64,000 nt of DNA from NCBI GenBank assembly GCA_017440925.1, contig JAFSAP010000019.1:23502-87501 (forward strand), written 5' to 3'. Position numbers and translations under genes: made by a program. Within the stretch, counting starts at the first letter, position 1, and every line of letters begins with the position of its first letter. The notes below the pieces were generated by a model, which was not told where the DNA came from, did no database searches, and saw only the letters and a program-made list of their open reading frames with translations. The DNA comes from Oscillospiraceae bacterium. GTDB taxonomy: Bacteria; Bacillota; Clostridia; Oscillospirales; Oscillospiraceae. Shown piece after piece: positions 57,801 through 64,000 of the stretch.

Positions 57801-59208
57801 CTCCGGTGAATACCAGGCGGAGGCCCATAAGTACTGTATCTCCATGTTTGGTTCCTCTCACGTGTTCCGCGCCGGAACCATCGGCACTGTGGCGGAGAAA
57901 ACAGCTTTTGGCTATGTGAAAAAGTATCTGTCCGAGCGGGGCAAATCCGCAAACCGGGCAGAGGAAGCCCGTCTGGCTGCGGGATGCGTCGGTGTCCGCC
58001 GAACCACTGGCCAGCATCCCGGCGGCCTGGTGGTTATCCCCCAGGAAAATGAGATCTGGGACTTCTGTCCCGTCCAGCACCCGGCAGACGATCCCAATTC
58101 TGACCAGATCACCACCCATTTCGAATACCACTCCATGGAAGAAAATCTTCTGAAGCTGGACATGCTGGGCCATGATGACCCCACCATGATCCGTATGATG
58201 GAGGATATGACCGGTGTGGATGCCAAGACCATTCCATTGGACGACAAGGGAACCATGTCCATCTTCACCACCAGCAAAATTCTGGGCTATGAAAATGACA
58301 AGCTGTTGGGCCCCACCGGTGCGGTTGGTGTCCCGGAATTCAATACCCGCTTTACCCGTGGTGTTCTGCTGGATACCATGCCCACCAAATTTGACTTCCT
58401 GGTCCGGATCTGTGGCTACACCCACGGTACCGATGTGTGGTTGGGCAATGCAAAGGATCTCATCAACTCCAAAACAGCCACCGTTGACCAGACCATCGGT
58501 GCCCGTGACGACATTATGATCTATCTGATCTCCTGCGGTATGCCGGATAAGCGTGCCTTCAAGATCATGGAGTCCGTCCGTAAAGGCAAGGGCCTGCCGC
58601 CCGGTGCGGAGGAGGAGATGGTTGCTGCCGGTGTTCCCGATTGGTATATTGGCTCCTGCAAGAAGATCAAATACCTGTTCCCCAAGGCCCATGCTGTGGC
58701 CTACTGCATGATGGCTTTCCGCATTGCCTGGTTCAAGGTCTATCATCCCCTGGCTTTCTATGCAGCGTACTTTTACCGCCGCAGCCAGAAGGGCGGATTT
58801 GATGCTACGCTTATGACCGGCGGCATGGAGGCGGTCCTTGCCAATATCGATGCCATCGACAACAATGAGGATGCAACGGCAAAGGATGAAGACCTGCTGA
58901 CAACTCTGGAAGTCGTCTATGAGTTCTATCTCCGGGGTTTTGAATTCCTGCCTATCAGCCTGTATGACAGCCATGCGATCAAATTCCTCATCAAGGATGG
59001 TAAGATCCTGCCGCCCTTCGTGGCCATCTCGGGCCTGGGTGAAAGTGCGGCCTGGGATCTGATGGAGGGACGGAAGGGTAAGAATTTCCTTTCCATTGAG
59101 GAAGTCTCCCTGGCCTGTCCCAAGGTTTCCAAGACCCATATGCAGATGCTGAAGGACGCCGGAGCCTTTGGCGATCTTCCGGATACCAGCCAGATCAGCT
59201 TGTTTTAA
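54895..59208 (+). CDS. polC: DNA polymerase III alpha, PolC type
   Basis: ELHLHT PHP, FDLETTG exonuclease, VGSRGSVGSS, PDIDLNFSG, LKLDMLGHDDPT, FPKAHA. Confidence 0.97.
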   Translation: MENTVYLTNMFPDYVPPEELTTALSQAAIVAADIDPETRSVSVAIHSETYIPQRMLDKAGREIASLYGLRQLSLTATHPANQLHCIEPEELMQLFVSRNSMMRGTLAGAKWEWQEENLHIHLRGNGKAELEELIPQVQTVLRERFASPVTITAQAGQTLEGKALFEAMESMRGQLIETMPVSAFRQEKKEDKSAPAGDTFYGKTFKGNAVPMKDLNMDMGTIIVEGRVFNVDHKELKKRNAWVVKFDMTDNTGSIRISKFMEAGEAKPILENVKPGSVLRVQGKLIEDRFENEMVLKPYAMQPGSLPKRKDLAEGMKRVELHLHTTMSNMDALTPTAAAIKQAADWGHKAIAITDHGCCQSFTDALHCVESWKGPPKVAGTDETIKILYGCEGYYVNDVDDRIVVHGTKDMSFDDEFVAFDLETTGLSSRNDRIIEIGAVILKRGKEIDRFQTFVDPERSLDRKIVELTGITEDMLKGAPKIEEVLPQFLDFVGDRVLVAHNADFDTGFIRAECVRQGYEYGFTSADTLILSQNLLSHLNKFKLNIVANALSLPDFNHHRAADDAMTCGLVMANLMNKLEEEHDIHTLQAINPAMVHLRSGGRITDRQARHIILFAKNQVGLRNLYHLISNSNLKHFRRVPRIPKSELLELREGLIIGSACEAGELFQAILDRKSDDELKRIASFYDFLEIQPLANNMFMLAKGMAQDEEELRNYNRTVVRLGEELGKPVVATGDVHFLNPEDEIFRHILLATKGFDDADKPNPLYFRTTDEMLKEFSYLGEEKAYEVVVTNPNLIADMCETLRPVPHNLFAPKIENSVEDLKDLVYGKLHRLYGENPPELFVKRVETELHDIISCHYDVIYMSAQRLVQNSLENGYLVGSRGSVGSSIVAFMSGITEVNSFPPHYRCPNPDCKHTILDVPKEFNCGADLPDMDCPLCGTRLEKDGFNIPFETFLGFGGDKVPDIDLNFSGEYQAEAHKYCISMFGSSHVFRAGTIGTVAEKTAFGYVKKYLSERGKSANRAEEARLAAGCVGVRRTTGQHPGGLVVIPQENEIWDFCPVQHPADDPNSDQITTHFEYHSMEENLLKLDMLGHDDPTMIRMMEDMTGVDAKTIPLDDKGTMSIFTTSKILGYENDKLLGPTGAVGVPEFNTRFTRGVLLDTMPTKFDFLVRICGYTHGTDVWLGNAKDLINSKTATVDQTIGARDDIMIYLISCGMPDKRAFKIMESVRKGKGLPPGAEEEMVAAGVPDWYIGSCKKIKYLFPKAHAVAYCMMAFRIAWFKVYHPLAFYAAYFYRRSQKGGFDATLMTGGMEAVLANIDAIDNNEDATAKDEDLLTTLEVVYEFYLRGFEFLPISLYDSHAIKFLIKDGKILPPFVAISGLGESAAWDLMEGRKGKNFLSIEEVSLACPKVSKTHMQMLKDAGAFGDLPDTSQISLF

Positions 59209-59278
59209 GGGACTTTTCTGATCTGTTTCTGAAATCCCCAATGTACTTCGAACATTTTCTGAAGAACTGGTATATTTG

Positions 59279-59310
59279 AACAGGAATGGCGTATCAGCCA
59301 TTCCTGTTTT
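59279..59310 (+). terminator. Terminator
   Basis: aacaggaatggc-gtatca-gccattcctgtttt. Confidence 0.75.
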
Positions 59311-59421
59311 CTCTGTTTATCACAGAAAAACAGGTGTTCTCCGTAGAATTACAAAAAATGCTTGCTTTTTTTTCATTTATGCATTATATTTATTAGCATC
59401 CGAGAAAGAGGAGAGATTATT

Positions 59422-60852
59422 ATGACCTTTGCTGAGATTGTTAACAAGCTGAATGGCATCGCCTGGGGCCCCTGGATGCTGATCCTGCTGGTGGGTACCG
59501 GTGTTTACTTAAGCGCAAGGGTGGGATTCATTCAGTTTACAAAGTTCGGCTATGCCATGAAAAATACCCTGGGCAAACTGTTTCAGAAGCAGACTGCCGG
59601 CGGCGGCGAAGTTACCCCCTTCCAGGCATTGACCACTGCTCTGGCGGCTACCGTCGGTACCGGCAACATTGCTGGTGTTACCGGTGCCATTGCTGTTGGC
59701 GGTCCCGGTGCTGTATTCTGGATGTGGATTTCTGCCCTGTTTGGCATGGTTACCAAGTACTCCGAGGTTGTGCTGGCAGTCAGATACCGTGAGCGCAATG
59801 CCAAGGGTGACTGGGTTGGTGGCCCCATGTACTATATCCGCAACGGCTTGGGTAAGAAGTGGAACTGGCTTGCAGTTGCTTTCAGCCTCCTGGCTGCTCT
59901 GGCAGCCTTCGGCATCGGTAATATGACCCAGGTCAATACCATTGCCTCCACCTTCAATGCCACCATTGATGCATTCGGTGGCAATACCGGTGCCAAGACT
60001 ATTGCTCTGTTTGGCCAGATCGTTCCCATTTCCAGCATTGCTGTGGGTTTCCTGGTGGCTGTCATTGTTGCTATGGTGCTCTTCGGCGGCATCAAGCGCA
60101 TCGGTTCCGTCACCGAAAAACTGGTTCCTGTTATGGCAGCGGTTTACATTGTTTGTTCTCTGGTTATTGTTGGCAAGAATTTTGATGCCATCGGCAGTAT
60201 TTTTGCCATGATTTTCAAGGGTGCTTTCAGTGCTGAGGCTGCTCTGGGCGGCGCATTCGGCATCACCATTATGACCACCATCCAGAAGGGTGTTGGCCGC
60301 GGTGTGTTCTCCAATGAGGCAGGCTTGGGTTCTGCACCCATGGCCCACGCAGCCACTTCTGAAAAGGATCCTGTCAAGCAGGGCCTGTACGGTATTTTCG
60401 AAGTGTTTATGGATACTATCGTGATCTGCACCCTGACTGCCCTGACACTGATGTGCGGCATTAACAGCGGCGTGGATATTACCTGGGGCCAGAGTGCTGG
60501 TACCGAACTGATTATTGCTTCCTTTGCCACCGTATTCGGTGCAAAGACCGGTTCTCTGATCGTTGCTGTGGGCATCGGCCTGTTTGCCCTGTCTACCATC
60601 CTCAGCTGGTCTTTGTATGGTACCCGCTGCTGCGAATTCCTGCTGGGCCATAAGGCGGTTCCTTTCTATCAGACCCTGTTTGTGGTTGTCATTGTCATTG
60701 GTGCAACGCTGGAACTGGATCTGGTCTGGAACATTGCCGATACCCTCAATGGCTTTATGGCGATCCCCAACCTGGTTGCTCTGCTGGGCCTCAGTGGTGT
60801 TGTCATCAAGTTGACCAAGGAACATTTCGAAAAAGAGAAGATCGGCCTTTAA
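59422..60852 (+). CDS. Alanine/glycine:cation symporter (AGCS/AlsT family)
   Basis: TVGTGNIAGV, GGPGAVFWMW, GGPMYY, FSNEAGLGSA, MAIPNL. Confidence 0.95.
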   Translation: MTFAEIVNKLNGIAWGPWMLILLVGTGVYLSARVGFIQFTKFGYAMKNTLGKLFQKQTAGGGEVTPFQALTTALAATVGTGNIAGVTGAIAVGGPGAVFWMWISALFGMVTKYSEVVLAVRYRERNAKGDWVGGPMYYIRNGLGKKWNWLAVAFSLLAALAAFGIGNMTQVNTIASTFNATIDAFGGNTGAKTIALFGQIVPISSIAVGFLVAVIVAMVLFGGIKRIGSVTEKLVPVMAAVYIVCSLVIVGKNFDAIGSIFAMIFKGAFSAEAALGGAFGITIMTTIQKGVGRGVFSNEAGLGSAPMAHAATSEKDPVKQGLYGIFEVFMDTIVICTLTALTLMCGINSGVDITWGQSAGTELIIASFATVFGAKTGSLIVAVGIGLFALSTILSWSLYGTRCCEFLLGHKAVPFYQTLFVVVIVIGATLELDLVWNIADTLNGFMAIPNLVALLGLSGVVIKLTKEHFEKEKIGL

Positions 60853-60860
60853 TAATCATC

Positions 60861-60889
60861 AAACCGGGATGCATCTGCATCCCGGTTTT
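60861..60889 (+). terminator. Terminator
   Basis: aaaccgggatgca-tc-tgcatcccggtttt. Confidence 0.85.
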
Positions 60890-60982
60890 GCCGTGTTGCG
60901 TTTGGTTGCGGAGAATGTTTCATCCGGTTGGTTGCGGTTTTGAGGAAAAGCTGATAAAATGCAGCCATCAGGAGGTGTTTCT

Positions 60983-61540
60983 ATGACCATGGGTGAAAAG
61001 ATTCTGAATATGCGAAAGGCGAGGGGCTGGAGCCAGGAGGAACTGGCAGACCGGGTTGGCGTATCCCGGCAGGCGGTGTCCCGGTGGGAAAGTGGCTCTG
61101 CCAAACCGGAAGCGGATAAAATTATAGTGCTCTGTGACCTTTTTGGTGTTTCTGCGGACTATTTGCTGCGGGATAACTATGCCGGTGAGCGGGTACCGGT
61201 GATGGCAGATCAGCAAGAACCGGTGCGGCAGGTCACGGTTAAACGCAGGTTTCTTCAAATTTATGCTGTGTGCAGCGTGCTTGCCCTGTTTGCTCTGAAA
61301 TTTATGAGCAGCGTTTCTCCGAAAGCGTATATCTCACGCAAGATGCTGGAATCCGGGGAAATAATTACACAAGGTGATGTTGTAACAGGTCTTCTGGGTT
61401 TTACCCTGTGGTATAATCTGGAATGGTTCCTGATTTTGGCGCTGATCGGCATTGCTGTGGGATTTGTGCTGATCTGGCAGGGAAGTCCCATTTTGCGGAA
61501 GAAAACAAAGTCTCTTTTCGGTCATATACGCAGAAAGTAA
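60983..61540 (+). CDS. XRE HTH regulator with two C-terminal TM helices
   Basis: WSQEELADRVGVSRQAVSRWESG...FGVSADYLL; hydrophobic C-terminal half. Confidence 0.85.
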   Translation: MTMGEKILNMRKARGWSQEELADRVGVSRQAVSRWESGSAKPEADKIIVLCDLFGVSADYLLRDNYAGERVPVMADQQEPVRQVTVKRRFLQIYAVCSVLALFALKFMSSVSPKAYISRKMLESGEIITQGDVVTGLLGFTLWYNLEWFLILALIGIAVGFVLIWQGSPILRKKTKSLFGHIRRK

Positions 61541-61613
61541 AAACGGATATTGTTGCAAATGCCGGGTATCTATGGTATACTGTATGCAATAATTCTATTT
61601 AGGAGGTCTTGTT

Positions 61614-62381
61614 ATGCAGGATATCGGTGTACAGTATCACATCCGTTGTAAAGAGGGTGATGTGGGCCGTTATGTATTCCTTCCCGGCGACCCTGGCCGG
61701 TGTGAATCCATTGCTTCCCATTTTGATGATCCGGTACATATTGGCATGAACCGGGAATATAACATCTATACCGGTACGCTCCTGGGAGAAAAGGTCTCCG
61801 TCTGTTCCACCGGAATCGGCGGCCCTTCGGCCTCCATTGCCATGGAGGAGCTGGCAGCCATTGGCGCGGATACCTTTATCCGGATCGGCACCTGCGGCGG
61901 CATTGCCATGGATGTCTGCCCTGGTGATGTGGTGGTAGCCTCCGGCGCCATCCGCTATGAGCATACTTCTCTGGAATATGCACCCATTGAATTTCCTGCA
62001 GTGGCTGACTTTGACATCACTGCGGCGCTGAAGGCTGCCAGTGAGGCGTTGGGATACAATACCCATGTGGGTGTCGTCCAGTGCAAGGATTCCTTCTACG
62101 GCCAGCACAGCCCTGAGAAATCCCCGGTTTATTATGACCTGCTGCAGAAGTGGGAAAGCTGGAAGCGCCTGGGTGTGAAGGCAAGCGAAATGGAATCTTC
62201 CGCCCTCTTTGTGGTGGCAGCGGCACTGGGTGTCCGCTGCGGCAGCTGTTTCCATGCGGTGTGGAATCAGGAACGGGAAAAGGCTGGACTGTTCATGGAA
62301 ATGACCGAGGATACCTCCGGTGCCATCAAGGTTGGCATTGAAGCCATGAAGCGGATCATTGCTGCAGATAAGGCGAAATAA
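61614..62381 (+). CDS. udp: Uridine phosphorylase
   Basis: [36 protein letters not shown]. Confidence 0.93.
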   Translation: MQDIGVQYHIRCKEGDVGRYVFLPGDPGRCESIASHFDDPVHIGMNREYNIYTGTLLGEKVSVCSTGIGGPSASIAMEELAAIGADTFIRIGTCGGIAMDVCPGDVVVASGAIRYEHTSLEYAPIEFPAVADFDITAALKAASEALGYNTHVGVVQCKDSFYGQHSPEKSPVYYDLLQKWESWKRLGVKASEMESSALFVVAAALGVRCGSCFHAVWNQEREKAGLFMEMTEDTSGAIKVGIEAMKRIIAADKAK

Positions 62382-62390
62382 CGTAAAACA

Positions 62391-62420
62391 AATGGGCACA
62401 GCTTTGGCTGTGCCCATTTT
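62391..62420. terminator. Bidirectional terminator
   Basis: aaatgggcacagc-tttg-gctgtgcccatttt. Confidence 0.85.
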
Positions 62421-62426
62421 CTTATG

Positions 62427-63353
62427 TTACAGTTCTTCGGCGACTGCCAGCAACAGGATACCGAAAATCACCACGGCAATAAAGGCGTAGGTCTTCCAGG
62501 AAAGCTTTTCCTTCAGGAAAATACGGGACAGCAGCAGGGAAACCACGCAGACAGAGGAGAGAATAGGAGCGGCAATGGCATCCACACCGCCAAGGGCGTA
62601 CACATAAGTAAACTGACCTGCGGTTTCAAATACAGCAGCCAGGATCTTGTCCTTGTGCTGGGGTACGGGACCGAACTTGACCTTCTTGGCTTTCATGAAG
62701 ATAAACAGACCCAGGGCGAACAGAGCAAAGGTCAGTTCATAGCTGGTATTGGCCACGGCTTCAATGGTCTCTTCGGTAACATCCACAAAAGGTGCATTGG
62801 CGATATCTTCCACCAGGAAGAAGGCATCATCCAAGAAAGTGCCGACAGCATCCAGCAGGGCATACAGGAAGGGCATGATGAAAGCCACCACAGCCAGGAC
62901 TTTGCCATACTTCTTCTTTCTTGTGGTCTCACCATGATTTTCCAGGAAGCTGACGCCCAAAACACCAATGGTGATGATTCCGATGGCGACCCAGGTCAGG
63001 GCAGAGATTTCTTCCTGCAGGAAAATAACAAACAGAAGCGTACAAATGACACCGGCAGTGTTTTCAATGGGGTCAGAGATGGATTCCTCCAGGAACCGCA
63101 TTCCGAAATAGGAGAATGCCATGGAGATGATGTAGAACAGGGATACCGGCAGATAGATCAGCAGGTTCACAGGGTTGTAGCCAATATCCTGTGTCAGCAG
63201 GGTAAAGACGGCATGGGCGCCCATGACAACGCCAACCCAGACGCAAATTTTCAGATGGGAAAATTTTTCATCAGGCCGGGCACCTTTTTTGTAAAACAGC
63301 TCTGCGGTGCCCCACAGAAGGGCAGTTGCAACGGAAAAGAATAACCAGGACAT
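62427..63353 (-). CDS. EamA/DMT-family transporter
   Basis: About 10 TMs in two repeats, FLQEEI / FLKEKL EamA signatures. Confidence 0.85.
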   Translation of the reverse strand: MSWLFFSVATALLWGTAELFYKKGARPDEKFSHLKICVWVGVVMGAHAVFTLLTQDIGYNPVNLLIYLPVSLFYIISMAFSYFGMRFLEESISDPIENTAGVICTLLFVIFLQEEISALTWVAIGIITIGVLGVSFLENHGETTRKKKYGKVLAVVAFIMPFLYALLDAVGTFLDDAFFLVEDIANAPFVDVTEETIEAVANTSYELTFALFALGLFIFMKAKKVKFGPVPQHKDKILAAVFETAGQFTYVYALGGVDAIAAPILSSVCVVSLLLSRIFLKEKLSWKTYAFIAVVIFGILLLAVAEEL

Positions 63354-63375
63354 GATCATTACCTCTTTCTTTTGA

Positions 63376-63999
63376 TTACAGGGTCACCAGACCGGCATCC
63401 ACCATTTTTTGCAGGCTCATGAGAATGCCCAGTTTGGCGTGATACCAGGTCAGACCACCCTGGAAGTAGACGGCGTAGGGGGGACGGATGGGACCGTCAG
63501 CGGACAGCTCCATGGTGCTGCCCTGGACAAAGGCGCCGGCTGCCATAATGACCTGACTGTCATAGCCGGGCATATCCCCGGGGATGGGGGTAGCAAAGCT
63601 GTCCACAGGGGCGGCAGCCTGAATGCCCTTGCAGAAGGCGATCATACCTTCCTCGCTGCCCAGTTCCACCGCCTGGATGATATCGTGGCGGCTTTCGGCA
63701 GCATTGGGCACGCAGCGGAAGCCCAGGGGTTCGTAAAGATTGGCCGCAAAGATGGCACCCTTTTCAGCGCTGGCGGTGACGGTGGGGGACAGGAAGAAGC
63801 CCTGATACATCTGACCCATGAGACCAAAGTTGGCGCCTACCTCCTGGCCCAGCCCGGGAGCGGAGAGCCGATAGGCACAGCGGTCGATACAGGCTCTGGT
63901 GCCGGCAATATAGCCGCCGGAGGAAGCCAGACCACCGCCGGGGTTCTTGATGAGGCTGCCCACGATCATATCGGCACCCACATCGGAAGGCTCGATGGT
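63376..63999 (-). CDS. ynbB: Methionine gamma-lyase-like / aluminium-resistance (YnbB) protein, 5'-truncated by window edge
   Basis: GSLIKNPGGGLA, IMAAGAFVQGS..ELSADGP, YFQGGLT. Confidence 0.88.
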   Translation of the reverse strand, partial: TIEPSDVGADMIVGSLIKNPGGGLASSGGYIAGTRACIDRCAYRLSAPGLGQEVGANFGLMGQMYQGFFLSPTVTASAEKGAIFAANLYEPLGFRCVPNAAESRHDIIQAVELGSEEGMIAFCKGIQAAAPVDSFATPIPGDMPGYDSQVIMAAGAFVQGSTMELSADGPIRPPYAVYFQGGLTWYHAKLGILMSLQKMVDAGLVTL

Positions 64000-64000
64000 T

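Noticed and set aside
59209-59421. Glycine riboswitch before the alanine/glycine symporter
   Set aside because: Only about 30 nt between the probable -10 and the start codon; no aptamer motifs.

Overview
A 64-kb, mostly core-genome window from a spore-forming Clostridia-type firmicute. Gene content and style suggest an Oscillospiraceae-like gut anaerobe (inference). It carries mnmA, thyA-folA, nfo, an FHA-FtsW/RodA fusion plus a class B PBP, a livJHMGF ABC operon, SPOCS-LysM (SipL-like), spoIIGA-sigE, rex, pncB, feoAB, glnS, the pyrH-frr-uppS-cdsA-dxr-rseP-ispG-polC cluster and udp. I saw no rRNA, tRNA, CRISPR array, prophage or transposase. The most interesting signals are small or non-coding. 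(1) An unannotated 55-codon Ile/Leu/Val-rich leader ORF whose stop codon lies inside an antiterminator arm upstream of the liv operon, a likely ribosome-mediated attenuator. (2) A candidate ~75-nt two-hairpin sRNA with C-rich loops, downstream of a Spo0A box and convergent with the SipL-like gene. (3) A 1279-aa secreted protein with an apparently catalytically dead GH24 lysozyme-like domain and about 12 SH3b repeats, under a perfect WalR box. (4) A 201-bp MITE-like element flanked by a 33-bp duplication of a terminator. (5) Several miniature palindromic repeats and operator sets. All calls come from reading the sequence by eye; no database searches were run.
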